Notes: generated from the letters alone by a model not told the origin. Positions 39,965 through 51,023 are shown, counted from the first letter of the stretch. The stretch is 64,000 nt of DNA from an uncultured archaeon (GCA_964525635.1 CAZGJX010000001.1:62344-126343); one strand, 5' to 3'. Made by a program: numbers and translations.

Positions 39965-40513
39965 ATGGTAGAAAATAGAAATAATCTATTTGGAATTATT
40001 GCGATTATTATTGGTGCATCAGGATTAGGATTTGGGATTTATTCAATCGTCAGTTTACAGAGTATTAATGATACTCAAAGTCCTCCTGGGCAAAATGAAC
40101 ATCTAACAATCGCAAAAGCTTTTCTTTCATCTGGTTATACAGAAGGGCCAGCAACTTATAAAATTAACTTTGATGAGAAATTATATGATCCAGATAATGC
40201 TTTTGATTTAGCCACAGATATGTATAATGTCCCAAAAGAGGGGTATTACCTTATTAATGCACAATTTACAGGGTTATCATTTGGAAATCTTATGTGGATG
40301 AATATTAATATAAGTAATGTTATTCAGCTTCAAGTAATGGTGCATGTTAATAGCGGTACAAATGGAGCTACTGCAAGTGCATCAGATATCTTTTATTTAT
40401 ATGAAGGAGATTCTGTAATTCTTGAAGCAGGAAGTAATACGGTTACTAATCTTGAAGTACTAGGGGATTCTAATGGAACACTAACATATATTTCAATATA
40501 TTATTTAATGTAG
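39965..40513 (+). CDS. Membrane-anchored C1q-like domain protein
   Basis: N-terminal TM; INFDEKLYD...FDLATDMYNVPKEGYYLINAQF...LYEGDSV...TYISIY matches the gC1q pattern. Confidence 0.75.
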   Translation: MVENRNNLFGIIAIIIGASGLGFGIYSIVSLQSINDTQSPPGQNEHLTIAKAFLSSGYTEGPATYKINFDEKLYDPDNAFDLATDMYNVPKEGYYLINAQFTGLSFGNLMWMNINISNVIQLQVMVHVNSGTNGATASASDIFYLYEGDSVILEAGSNTVTNLEVLGDSNGTLTYISIYYLM

Positions 40514-40616
40514 TATAATTTTTTAATTATTTTTTTTTCCTTCTTTTATTTTTTCCTAAACAACTAATCTATTTTATAATGACACAATATTAAATAAATT
40601 ACATAACAGTGGTTTT

Positions 40617-41264
40617 TTATATATCTAGAAAATTGTCAAAATAGTTTATTCTTTCACCAATTAATATCAACATTGTATGATATTTCGTATCTTTTGCATA
40701 ATTTTTTTGGAAATATTCAAATAGTTTAAAAATTTTTAAAAATTTAAAATCTTCACGGAGCTCATCTTCAGAAGAAAAGTGAATAAAATATTCACTTTGA
40801 AAAGAATTTGGATCATTTTTTACAGCTATACCTTTTCCATAATATTGCTTATCATTTGTAGAGAGTGTACTTAAGAAAAAAAAACCATTTGGTTTCAAAA
40901 TCTTCTGAATTTTAGAAATAAATGCCTTTCTTACTTTTAGATTAAAGAAATTATATACATTTGAAATATAAATGATATCATATTGAGTATCATCTAAATC
41001 TTTCCAATCAATACATTCAAATGTGATATTTCTTTTATTTGAATTTCGCTGAATTGCATTTTCTATAGCCTTTGATGAAATGTCAATTCCATGTATTATA
41101 AGATTATTTAAATTCATGGATATAAAGTCAATATCACGTCCATCGCCACAGCCGATATCAAGAAACGTGAATTGGTCAGAGATTCTAATTCTTTTTTTAA
41201 GAAAATTTAAAGTTACATTCGCTGTTTTACTAACTTTATCTTCACAACTATAAATTTTAGTCAT
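40617..41264 (-). CDS. Class I SAM-dependent methyltransferase
   Basis: FLDIGCGDGRD, GIDIS, YDII, LKPNG. Confidence 0.9.
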   Translation of the reverse strand: MTKIYSCEDKVSKTANVTLNFLKKRIRISDQFTFLDIGCGDGRDIDFISMNLNNLIIHGIDISSKAIENAIQRNSNKRNITFECIDWKDLDDTQYDIIYISNVYNFFNLKVRKAFISKIQKILKPNGFFFLSTLSTNDKQYYGKGIAVKNDPNSFQSEYFIHFSSEDELREDFKFLKIFKLFEYFQKNYAKDTKYHTMLILIGERINYFDNFLDI

Positions 41265-41307
41265 ATATATCCTTGAAATAAATGATTATCAAATAAAATG
41301 CGGTATT

Positions 41308-41805
41308 TTATATATTCCTCCTTAGATTTGGGATCCACTTTGGTACTTTTTCTTTATATTTAAGAAAATCATCTCCAATTAATTCTTCCAATTTCTTTTC
41401 TTCAAAATTAGCCATTTTATTATAAACTAAGAAAATAAAGACGAATAGAATAATACATATAATACTTACTGAGAGACATATTAAAGCAACATATATTAAA
41501 AGGATACCTAAATACATAGGATTTCTTACATAACCTAAAACACCATTAGTTAATAAAGTGTTTGGAGGCTCATGTTTCTGTTGAAATAATATTTTATGGG
41601 ATAATTGAATAAAGATTAAAGCAAAAATTAAGAATATAATAAAAAAAATGATACGTAGCCATAAAAAAATAAAATTATTTATCCAAATAGTTAATTTAAA
41701 AATATTAGTATCCAAAATCCAAATTGTTACAAAAATGATAGGTAAGATTGCATGATACATATGGGCATTATGTATCTCCCGCTCTTTACCTTTATGTCTA
41801 TTCAT
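41308..41805 (-). CDS. Isoprenylcysteine carboxyl methyltransferase (ICMT/PEMT)-family membrane protein
   Basis: LLTNGVLGYVRNPMYLG, EEKKL...Y...VPKWIP. Confidence 0.88.
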   Translation of the reverse strand: MNRHKGKEREIHNAHMYHAILPIIFVTIWILDTNIFKLTIWINNFIFLWLRIIFFIIFLIFALIFIQLSHKILFQQKHEPPNTLLTNGVLGYVRNPMYLGILLIYVALICLSVSIICIILFVFIFLVYNKMANFEEKKLEELIGDDFLKYKEKVPKWIPNLRRNI

Positions 41806-42105
41806 TTTAAATATCCTTTATTGAGTTGTTTGTGATATTTATTCAAAAAAATGAAATATTTCAATAATTATATTAATTATTATCTATGCATATTTATAAA
41901 TTAATTATATCTATTGATTTTCATTTATTTTAATCCACCACCTTATATGTCATAAAATTCTATAATTCTATTTTGTAAATCGTTATTGTGTGTTTTTTTC
42001 AAGAAATCAAATTTACTTTTTTTTTATATGATAATTATAATTAGAGTGCTTAAATGGAGAATACCTTTTTTATGTGAATAGAAATCTTAAAAAAAAAAAA
42101 ATTTT

Positions 42106-42324
42106 TTATAAACCTTTTGTACGAATTCCTATATACATTATTAACCAGCTTAGTAGTGCGAGTAAAAAACCACCATAAAAACACCATACGTTAGCATGTA
42201 TATCCAAAAAATAAAGTTCTTCTTTGATTGATTCTTGATATCCAGTGATAACCAATGAAATTCCAGCAATCAAGATTAATAATGACAATTCTACTGTGGA
42301 TTTTGTTGGGGGACTATATTTCAT
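42106..42324 (-). CDS. Small two-TM membrane protein (paralog of the next gene)
   Basis: SPPTKSTV...TM...TM...IGIRTKGL. Confidence 0.7.
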   Translation of the reverse strand: MKYSPPTKSTVELSLLILIAGISLVITGYQESIKEELYFLDIHANVWCFYGGFLLALLSWLIMYIGIRTKGL

Positions 42325-42343
42325 TTTAACATCTCCTTAATTA

Positions 42344-42568
42344 TTATATCCCTCTAAGTCTTGTCCCTATAAAGATCAAAAACCATCCAAAACCAATTAT
42401 AAAGAGTCCTGTATAAACTAAGAATTCATTAATTTCGATTCCGAAAATAACTGTCTCTGAAGAGAACAAGGAAAAATTACCTATTATTGAAACAATAATT
42501 CCAATAATAACAATAATGATAGAAATTATTACTGTAATTTTTTTTGGGGGGCTTACTGTCCATACCAT
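42344..42568 (-). CDS. Small two-TM membrane protein
   Basis: SPPKKITV...TM...TM...IGTRLRGI. Confidence 0.7.
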   Translation of the reverse strand: MVWTVSPPKKITVIISIIIVIIGIIVSIIGNFSLFSSETVIFGIEINEFLVYTGLFIIGFGWFLIFIGTRLRGI

Positions 42569-42702
42569 ATTATTAACACATTTTTTGTACTTTTTTAAGG
42601 GAATTAAATTATATAGATCTCCTTATTATTAATAAAGGTTTTTTTTTTTATTTATAATATATTTCAATTTAAGTTCTAATAATATAATCATTAGATATGG
42701 AT

Positions 42703-45354
42703 TTATGTAATTCTCTTTCTTTTTTTTAATATAAATAAACTACCTATGAAAACTCCAAAAAATGGTATTGAGATCCCTAAGACAAGGAATAACGTTGAGA
42801 AAAAATGATTATCTTCATCTTGATTTATAGGGTCGAAAATGGTTATGAAAAGATATGGGATATTTTTTAAATTATTGGATTTATTCATCTCTTGGATTAA
42901 ATCTAAAGGATCTATATGAATCGTTATTTCATATAACGTATTATTTATAAAATATTGTGTAAAATCAGTTAAATTGATAGAAAGAGAAATTCCTTCATCT
43001 ATTATTAAATCTATTGGATTTAATGTATTATTATAAAGAGTTAAAGCCAAATTATTTATATAGACAACGATAACAACTCCTGAAGCGTTATTATTCCCTG
43101 TATTATTAATTTGAATATTTAATATTCCATTTACAATTGAAGATTGAATTATGTTTAGATCGGGATAAAAAGTTATTTGTACTAATAACGGATTAAATGT
43201 TAATGGCTTGTTATCTTGACTATTAGGAGGGATAAGATAGGGTTGTTCACCAACTCCATCTCCATTAGTGTCATTTCCAAGATAATCACTCCAATAATTT
43301 CCATATAAACCATTGGTCCAATTAGTATTAGTTCCATCATCCGTAGCCTGTACATTATTTGAGATAAATGCATTCCAAAATATAATATTATCACTACTAC
43401 CAGCATCATTTATACATATGCCTCTATTATTCCCAGAGATAAAATTTTTCCTAGCAATGTTAAAATCTGCATTTGATGTGAGATATATCCCCTCTGTGTT
43501 CCCAACAATGGAATTATTTCTAACAAGGTTATTAATAGCATTTTGTTGAATTAACACACCAAAGTAATTATCAAGGAGATAATTCTCTAATATTTTTGTA
43601 TCTTTAGCACCGAATAATTCGATCCCTCGATTGTTATTTGTGAATGTATTGTTAAATAAAGTTGTATTATAACTATTCCGTATGTGAATTCCCCCTAATC
43701 CATTATAAGTAGCTTGATTTCCAACTATTGTATTATTTTCACAGTAAAAATCAAGCCATATCCCATAATTGCCATTATTATTAGCAGTATTATTTTCAAT
43801 ATAATTAAAATCTGTATTTTCTAAATCAAGACCTGCCGTATTATCATCTAGATCATTATCAATAATAATACTATTCCGACCACCCTTCTGATAAATTCCA
43901 TTTATACAATTATTAATTATGTTTTTTTTAATTAGGGTATCATTACAATATAAAAGTTGGATTGCCACAGATACATCTTGAAAAAGATTATTTGAAATTT
44001 CACAGTTTTCACTTGATACTAAAATAATTTGCCCAGCATTTATGAAATCTATAGGAAGTAAACTATTTTGATTAATGTAATAATAGATAGGTTTGCCTCT
44101 TGCAGTATTATTCCTATGAATAATATGTGAATTCACAGTTTGCTCAGTACCATCAAGAAATATACCCCAATCCATTGAATTATTTGATATATATGCATTT
44201 CTAGAGTCTGTTATGTATATTGAACGAGGACTAATCCCATTTAATTGAATTGTGTTATTGATAACTATTGTATCATCACTATTTATTTGCACCCGAATTC
44301 CATAAGCTCCAACACTGATATTATTTCGAATGATTTTATTAGAGTTAGCATTAGAACAATATATCCCATAACTCGTACTACTACCTGAAGAAATGTTATT
44401 ATCATAAATATCATTTAAACTACTAGATGTCCTGAGTTCTATTCCATGACCACTATTTATAATTGTATTATTTAATATCTTATTTTGGTTTGAAGTATCA
44501 TATATGTAAATTCCTTGATTTCCTCCTTTAAGGAGATTATTGATGAGAGTATTGTTATTACATTGATTTTTGAGATAAATTTGGGAATATGAGCAGAGGG
44601 TAAGGTTATTATTTTTTATTAGATTATGGGCACAATTATCATTTAAGTATATTCCATAATACATACGTCCATCGTACTTTTCACCATTATTATTTATTAT
44701 CTTATTGTTATTACACTCATTCTCCAAATAGATTCCAACCGCATTGTATATAGGGCTAGAACTGCTACAAGTTGAATAGCTTATATTATTGTTTTTTATT
44801 GTAATGTTCTCACAATAATTTTTTAAATGGATTCCATGAAAATTATATGATAAATTACAATTTTGGATCAAACCGTTTGTAGAATTAATAATTAAAAGTC
44901 CATCCTTATCAGGATCGATAGCACCCTGAATACTTATATTATTTAGTTCAAAATACACACTCCTTGAATTATTAATTGCTAATCCATAATCTGCTGATCC
45001 GGGGTTGTAAGTGATATTTTCAATAACATATGGTGTTTCAGGTGTACCCAAACCTGAGCACCATGGTTGACTAACTGCCCAATCCCAGTCTCCAGAATTT
45101 GAGGTATTAATTTTAGCATAATCATCAATTATAATTGTTGTGTTAGTCCAATAATTTGCATTTTTTAATAGATATTTATTTCTCTCTAACCCTATGAGAT
45201 TTTCATTATCATTCCAATAAGAATTTTTATTATTGATAATAAAGAAATTCATATTACCTCCAAGATTATTGACTAAAATACATAAAAGTAAGAGAAAACC
45301 AATAAATGGGAATAAATCGTATTTTCTTCTATTAATTCTACTCATTTGTTCCAA
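42703..45354 (-). CDS. Cell-surface parallel beta-helix (NosD/CASH-repeat) protein with CARDB-like domain and C-terminal anchor
   Basis: N-terminal TM, GTPETPYVIEN, many GIxL..NN.I..N repeats, GNYWSDY...D.NGDG, PDL...N.G...IDP...E....NN, C-terminal TM plus KKRKR. Confidence 0.88.
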   Translation of the reverse strand: MEQMSRINRRKYDLFPFIGFLLLLCILVNNLGGNMNFFIINNKNSYWNDNENLIGLERNKYLLKNANYWTNTTIIIDDYAKINTSNSGDWDWAVSQPWCSGLGTPETPYVIENITYNPGSADYGLAINNSRSVYFELNNISIQGAIDPDKDGLLIINSTNGLIQNCNLSYNFHGIHLKNYCENITIKNNNISYSTCSSSSPIYNAVGIYLENECNNNKIINNNGEKYDGRMYYGIYLNDNCAHNLIKNNNLTLCSYSQIYLKNQCNNNTLINNLLKGGNQGIYIYDTSNQNKILNNTIINSGHGIELRTSSSLNDIYDNNISSGSSTSYGIYCSNANSNKIIRNNISVGAYGIRVQINSDDTIVINNTIQLNGISPRSIYITDSRNAYISNNSMDWGIFLDGTEQTVNSHIIHRNNTARGKPIYYYINQNSLLPIDFINAGQIILVSSENCEISNNLFQDVSVAIQLLYCNDTLIKKNIINNCINGIYQKGGRNSIIIDNDLDDNTAGLDLENTDFNYIENNTANNNGNYGIWLDFYCENNTIVGNQATYNGLGGIHIRNSYNTTLFNNTFTNNNRGIELFGAKDTKILENYLLDNYFGVLIQQNAINNLVRNNSIVGNTEGIYLTSNADFNIARKNFISGNNRGICINDAGSSDNIIFWNAFISNNVQATDDGTNTNWTNGLYGNYWSDYLGNDTNGDGVGEQPYLIPPNSQDNKPLTFNPLLVQITFYPDLNIIQSSIVNGILNIQINNTGNNNASGVVIVVYINNLALTLYNNTLNPIDLIIDEGISLSINLTDFTQYFINNTLYEITIHIDPLDLIQEMNKSNNLKNIPYLFITIFDPINQDEDNHFFSTLFLVLGISIPFFGVFIGSLFILKKRKRIT

Positions 45355-45510
45355 AATTTATGTTTTTATAAAGTTATCTATAACATGTTTTTTAGATATT
45401 TAATATTATTTCAAATTAAGAGTGACAGAAAAAATAATAAATTAGTACCATATTTTACCTAAAATATTAACCTGAATCTTAGATGATTGATATATATATG
45501 ATAAGAGAGA

Positions 45511-45972
45511 TCAATTAACTATATATGGATATATTGAAAATATCATATTTAGAAAGTATGTAATTAGGGTAATAAAACCATACTTTTTTTCAAATCTAAA
45601 ACTATATCCTATAAGCCCCCAGAGTCCAATATAATATAAAAGGATATAGGGACCAACAATTGGAGTACTACGGAAATCGTATATTAAGATATAATCAAGA
45701 ATAAGTTCAATAACTATAAATAAAAAAAGTGGAATAAGAAGGTATGTTTCCCACTTGTCCCTGCAATTCTTTTTATTAAGATATGCAATATAACCTAATA
45801 TAAAACCCATAGTAATAACGATAATGCCTAGGATGTTTTCTATAACAGTTAAGTTGTAAATTCGAGCAAGAAATAAAAGAGCCATTAAAACATTGATAAG
45901 ATTAGCTAAAAATAAAACTATTAAATCGATTTTTTGATAATTATTGAATCTAGATATAATTTTCTCCTCCAT
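45511..45972 (-). CDS. Hypothetical multi-pass membrane protein
   Basis: 153 aa with about five hydrophobic helices. Confidence 0.65.
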   Translation of the reverse strand: MEEKIISRFNNYQKIDLIVLFLANLINVLMALLFLARIYNLTVIENILGIIVITMGFILGYIAYLNKKNCRDKWETYLLIPLFLFIVIELILDYILIYDFRSTPIVGPYILLYYIGLWGLIGYSFRFEKKYGFITLITYFLNMIFSIYPYIVN

Positions 45973-46205
45973 ATTATTTAGAATATTTATTTACTATATA
46001 AATTAGTTTGTTTAGATTATATTATTAGATTTTATGTAATGAGTGTAAAAAAATTTGAAGTTTTATCATATCCAATTCAATAAAATAATAATTTAAATAA
46101 GAATCAATAGACTCAAAAGTGATTTTTTATTATACATCTTAATTATTTAGTCACATTTAGTTTTTTTATCTAATTTTAAGATAATTATAAGAATTTTGAT
46201 GTATA

Positions 46206-48806
46206 ATGACTCAAGAAATAACTTTTCCAAAACGATTCAAATTCAATGAAATTCAAAAGAAATGGATTAAATATTGGAAAGAAAACGATATATATTCATT
46301 TGATATTGATAAAGAGGGTAAAATCTTTTCGATAGATACACCCCCTCCTTTTGTAAGTGGAACATTACATCTTGGACATGTGCTAAATCATTCTTGGATT
46401 GATTTTGTAGCTCGTTATCATAAAATGCGAGGTGAAAATGTCTATTTTCCACAAGGTTTTGATTGTCATGGGCTCCCAGTAGAATTAGCTGTTGAAAAAA
46501 ATTACGGAATTAGTAAAAATGATCGAGACCTCTTTCTTAATAAATGTATCGAATGGGTAGAAGAAAATATTGCTAATATGCGAAAACAATTTGATGATTT
46601 AGGCTATTCCACAGATTGGGATTATACCTATCGCACTATGGATGAAAAATACAAATATAAGGTTCAAAAATCTCTTTTAGATTTTTATAATAAAGGTTGG
46701 TTATATAGAGAAAAATTCCCAACTCACTTTTGTGTTAATTGTGAAACTTCAGTAGCTAAAGCAGAAGTTGGATATAAAGAAGAAAAAGGTAGTCTTTGGT
46801 ATGTTAAATTACCAATTGTAGGTGGTGAAAACGAATATATTACAATTGCTACAACCCGTCCAGAATATATGGAAGCTTGTGTCGGTGTTTTTGCCCATCC
46901 AAATGATGATAGATATTATCATCTATCTGCTGCTGAACTAAAAATCCCATTTACCGACCGAACTGTTAGAATTCGAATGGATAAAAATGTTGATATGCAT
47001 TTTGGAACAGGAATTGTATATTGTTGTACATATGGTGATGAGATGGATATAAGATGGAAATTTGAGTATAATTTAGATGAAATACAATTATTTACGGAAG
47101 ATGGTCATATGAATCAAAATTCCAAATATCATGGATTAACAATAAATGAGGCTCGCAAACAGATTGTTAAAGATCTTGAGGAGGAGGGGCTTTTAGAGAA
47201 AATTGTTGATCATGAACACAGTATAGTGATACATTCAGAACGATCATCCTGTCGAAAACCAATCGAATATTTACCTGTTTATCAATGGTTTATCAAACTC
47301 AAGGATTTTAAGGAGGAAATTATAAAAGCAGGTGAGGCAATGCAATGGTATCCAGAAAAGCATAAACAAAGATTAATTGATTGGGCAGAAGGATTAGATT
47401 GGAATTGGGTTATTTCAAGACAACGTATTTTTGGAACACCCATTCCATTTTGGTACTGTATTGATTGTGGTGAAATTATCGCCCCAAATGAAGAAGAACT
47501 ACCTCTTGATCCTGTTAAAATTAATCCCCCACTAGAAACATGCCCTAAATGTCAAAGTAAACAAATACAAGGGGAAAAAGATGTTTGTGATTGTTGGATA
47601 GACTCAAGTATTACACCTCTAGCAATAGGTAAATGGTTGGAAGATGAGCAATTTTTCAAAAAAACTTATACAAATGCTAAAGTTCATCGTCCACAGGGTT
47701 ATGAGATTATCAGAACTTGGCTCTTTTATACATTATTTCGATGTAATAAATTAACCGGACAGCCTCCTTTTGATGAAATCATGATTAATGGAATGGTTGC
47801 TGGTCCAGATGGAAGAAAGATGTCTAAAAGTTTTGGAAATATTGTTTCTCCTGATGAGGTTATGCCTGAATTTGGAGCAGATGCTATAAGACAATGGGCG
47901 GCATTAGGTACGCTAGGAGATGATTATCCATTTGAATATACATGGTATAATATACATACAAAACAACCTATAAAAGACGATCTTATTAAGAAAGAGAGAA
48001 TAAAATTACCAAGAGATAAATTTGACAAAAAGTATCGTAGAAGATTTGAACAACTAATAGGTGCTTCACGTTTCATAACTAAGATGTGGAATGCATATAG
48101 ATTTTTATATGTTAATTTACAAAAAATGGATATCTCTAATATTGATCAAGAAATTAATGAAATAACAACTGTAGATTCCTTTATTTATTCAGAATTCAAC
48201 AAGGTTTTAAAAGAAGTTAAATTTGCACTTGATGCTTATAATTGGCATGATGCATTTATATCACTAAAAACATTCTTTTGGAATGATATGTGCGATAATT
48301 ATATAGAAGCTATAAAGTATAAATTTTATTCTGATAATGTAATTGAATCAAACATTGCTATAAAAAATGCATTGCATATATTTTATCAGATGTTAAAAAT
48401 ATTTGGAATTATAATGCCATTTATAACAGAAGAGATTTATGATTTATTGTATAAACAGTATATAAAAATAAAATCGATTCATTTAGAGCAATTTCCTACT
48501 GATTATAAAAATTTATCTCAAAATAAAATAATACAAGGTAAGATTAGTCTTGAAATAATTAAAAATCTTAGAAATATAAAATCAAAACGTGGAATACCAT
48601 TAAATCAAGAGATAAAGAAAATTATCCTTATAATAGCAGATAGAACTGAGAACTTCAATGGTGAAATGCTAGCAAATATCAAAAATACAATAAGAATCAA
48701 TGATCTTCAAATTTTAGATACATTAAATGAAGATTTTAATGAAAATAAAAATATCTTTAAAGAAAGCATAGAAGAATTAGGTATTAGTGCATATATTTTT
48801 ACTTAA
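46206..48806 (+). CDS. valS: Valine--tRNA ligase (archaeal type)
   Basis: DTPPPFVSGTLHLGH, GFDCHGLP, IATTRPE, WVISRQRIFG, KMSKS. Confidence 0.96.
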   Translation: MTQEITFPKRFKFNEIQKKWIKYWKENDIYSFDIDKEGKIFSIDTPPPFVSGTLHLGHVLNHSWIDFVARYHKMRGENVYFPQGFDCHGLPVELAVEKNYGISKNDRDLFLNKCIEWVEENIANMRKQFDDLGYSTDWDYTYRTMDEKYKYKVQKSLLDFYNKGWLYREKFPTHFCVNCETSVAKAEVGYKEEKGSLWYVKLPIVGGENEYITIATTRPEYMEACVGVFAHPNDDRYYHLSAAELKIPFTDRTVRIRMDKNVDMHFGTGIVYCCTYGDEMDIRWKFEYNLDEIQLFTEDGHMNQNSKYHGLTINEARKQIVKDLEEEGLLEKIVDHEHSIVIHSERSSCRKPIEYLPVYQWFIKLKDFKEEIIKAGEAMQWYPEKHKQRLIDWAEGLDWNWVISRQRIFGTPIPFWYCIDCGEIIAPNEEELPLDPVKINPPLETCPKCQSKQIQGEKDVCDCWIDSSITPLAIGKWLEDEQFFKKTYTNAKVHRPQGYEIIRTWLFYTLFRCNKLTGQPPFDEIMINGMVAGPDGRKMSKSFGNIVSPDEVMPEFGADAIRQWAALGTLGDDYPFEYTWYNIHTKQPIKDDLIKKERIKLPRDKFDKKYRRRFEQLIGASRFITKMWNAYRFLYVNLQKMDISNIDQEINEITTVDSFIYSEFNKVLKEVKFALDAYNWHDAFISLKTFFWNDMCDNYIEAIKYKFYSDNVIESNIAIKNALHIFYQMLKIFGIIMPFITEEIYDLLYKQYIKIKSIHLEQFPTDYKNLSQNKIIQGKISLEIIKNLRNIKSKRGIPLNQEIKKIILIIADRTENFNGEMLANIKNTIRINDLQILDTLNEDFNENKNIFKESIEELGISAYIFT

Positions 48807-48813
48807 ATCTATA

Positions 48814-49599
48814 TTATTTTTGATCAAGACCCAATTGTTCAATCATAGCTTTTTTCATTTCTTCTTTATCCCTTGGAAGCCCAAACAATTCTGCATATTT
48901 ATCTGTAGTTGATAATTCTGCGGATCTTCCTTTTTTCTCAGAAATAATAAACTCATTTTCCTCAAGATATTTAATATGATCATAAGCACCAGAACCTCTC
49001 ATTTTTATTACAGTTGATTTTAATATGGGTTGTTTTAAAGCAATAATCGTAAGAGTTCTAAGATATTTTTCAGCAATGGCCCCTCCTTTAGCAAATTGAG
49101 ATATTTTTTCAGAATATTCAGGTCTTATTTGCATTTGATATGTTTCTCCAATAGTAAGAATAGTAAGAGAGCTTGATCGATTGTTATAGAGTTCAAGAAG
49201 TTCATTTAGTAATTCTTCTATTTCTTTTTTTTTTATTTCTAATTTTGTTGAAAGTTCTTCAATAGTAAGACCTCTTCCAGCAGCAAATAAGGCGCCCTCA
49301 ATTAAGTTCCTATAAATATCTCTTATTTCTTCTTCAGGAATGTCATCAGGAATAATTTCTTGTTTAGTTTGAATTATATTAGAATCATCAATCTCTTCCT
49401 CTGAAATCTCTTCATCCTCTTCTTCATTAGAAAGCATAGTTTCAGAGATCTCTTCATCATTTTCTTTATCAGAAATATTAGATTCTAATATTTTTTCATC
49501 TTCACTCTGGTTTACAATCAGATTTTCTGAATCATTTTCATCAATATTATTCTTTTCTATCTCTATTTTATCATCAGATTCATTATTATTCAATTTCAA
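48814..49599 (-). CDS. scpB: ScpB (kite subunit) with acidic N-terminal extension
   Basis: LIEGALFAAG, LRTLTIIALKQPI...RG...HIKYL, TTDKYAELFGL. Confidence 0.93.
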   Translation of the reverse strand: MKLNNNESDDKIEIEKNNIDENDSENLIVNQSEDEKILESNISDKENDEEISETMLSNEEEDEEISEEEIDDSNIIQTKQEIIPDDIPEEEIRDIYRNLIEGALFAAGRGLTIEELSTKLEIKKKEIEELLNELLELYNNRSSSLTILTIGETYQMQIRPEYSEKISQFAKGGAIAEKYLRTLTIIALKQPILKSTVIKMRGSGAYDHIKYLEENEFIISEKKGRSAELSTTDKYAELFGLPRDKEEMKKAMIEQLGLDQK

Positions 49600-49628
49600 T
49601 AATTCACTTCATTTTATTTTATAATAAT

Positions 49629-50630
49629 TTATCCTTTTAAGGCAATTATTATATCTTTAAAATCTTTATTTTGTTCAAGAGAGATTCTATTATTTGTACT
49701 TAAAAACATTAAAGCTAAAAACATTCTCACTAATTCATATTTTCTGCCTAAAACACTCTCTTCATTTACTTTGATAATTTTTATTAAGTCCAAGAAATTA
49801 GTATCTTCTTTATTTTCAAGTTTAATTATTGCTTTTATTTTTTTATGCCAACTATCAAGTAATTCTTCAATAGTTTGTTCCTTTCCAGTTATATGTTTTA
49901 GAATTTCCTTTGGAAGTTGAGCTGTTGCTGAAAGTTCCTTTCTTTTTCTGAGTTGTTCTTCTTTTCTTAATCTTTGTCTACGTAATTTTTCTTTTTTTTG
50001 CATTGTTTCAATTATTGCCGCTCTCATTGCCTCAAATAATTCATCCTTAGTTGTAATCTTTAATTTTGATTGAATTGGTTGAGAAAGCGTCTTAGGAATT
50101 CCCCTATGAGTCCTTTGTCTTAATTTCTCAATTTCTTCTTTTTTTTGAATTTCTTCTTCTTCTCTAATAATACTAGTGATTTTATGATGATGTAATGATG
50201 CAGAAGTCTTTAAAGCAATACCAGATACTTTATAATTTATAAAATTCTCGGTTAACATTTTATCAAAGAATTTATTTACCAGATTTGATAAATCATAAAA
50301 AGCCACCTCAGAATCTTTAGCTAACTCTAGATTAAGTAAGGTAGAGAAAGGTGGTTTTTGCCAGAATTTCAAATTTTTTTCTTCTTTCTTAAATAATGGA
50401 GCGACTTCATCCTCATCAAAATCAACAATAAGTTCTTCTTCAAAGTACTCTTCTTTTGTACTGTCAATAAATTCAGGATTAGAAACAACTTCTTCAAGTA
50501 ATTTGATAATATCATTTTTATTTGCACCTGATTTTAATGATATTTTATTTACAGCTGCAAATTCTCTTAATTTTTTAACTGTCCAATCTTTAAAATTATA
50601 TTCATCTTTTGAATTATCTTGTCCACTCAT
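49629..50630 (-). CDS. scpA: ScpA kleisin with extra N-terminal HEH-like domain
   Basis: Kleisin N-helix (INYKVSGIALKTSASL..K), C-terminal wHTH (VRMFLALMFL....ISLEQ...F.DI); directly upstream of scpB. Confidence 0.85.
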   Translation of the reverse strand: MSGQDNSKDEYNFKDWTVKKLREFAAVNKISLKSGANKNDIIKLLEEVVSNPEFIDSTKEEYFEEELIVDFDEDEVAPLFKKEEKNLKFWQKPPFSTLLNLELAKDSEVAFYDLSNLVNKFFDKMLTENFINYKVSGIALKTSASLHHHKITSIIREEEEIQKKEEIEKLRQRTHRGIPKTLSQPIQSKLKITTKDELFEAMRAAIIETMQKKEKLRRQRLRKEEQLRKRKELSATAQLPKEILKHITGKEQTIEELLDSWHKKIKAIIKLENKEDTNFLDLIKIIKVNEESVLGRKYELVRMFLALMFLSTNNRISLEQNKDFKDIIIALKG

Positions 50631-51023
50631 AATCTATTATTTATAATTGCTATACTATTAGTAATAAAACTGATATTTTAACAATTCTTTTTTAATTTTA
50701 AATTATAAAACCCAAAAATAATCTTATATATCTATTTATATAATAAAAAAAGAATAGTATTTAGTAATTTTCTTTTTTCATATAGGTTTTTTATTTAACT
50801 ATTTCTTCATTTTTATTCTTTATTTCAATAATAAAAGAAGATTTAGTATTAGATTATTATAAAAAAATCAAGTTTTTAAGAATTTTTAGTAAAATACTTT
50901 ATTTTATTCTATAAAAAATATTATAATGAAAAAAAAAGAGAAAATAAAGAATATAAGTTATCTAAAGATTTTAGAGAAAAGCATTTGTGTATGGTTCTAT
51001 AATGATGAACTAAAAAAAACGAT

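Noticed and set aside
47931-48050. ~36-38 aa insert in ValRS after DDYPF as an in-frame intron
   Set aside because: It is open, protein-like in composition, and I could not build a BHB at its ends; more likely a lineage-specific protein insertion.
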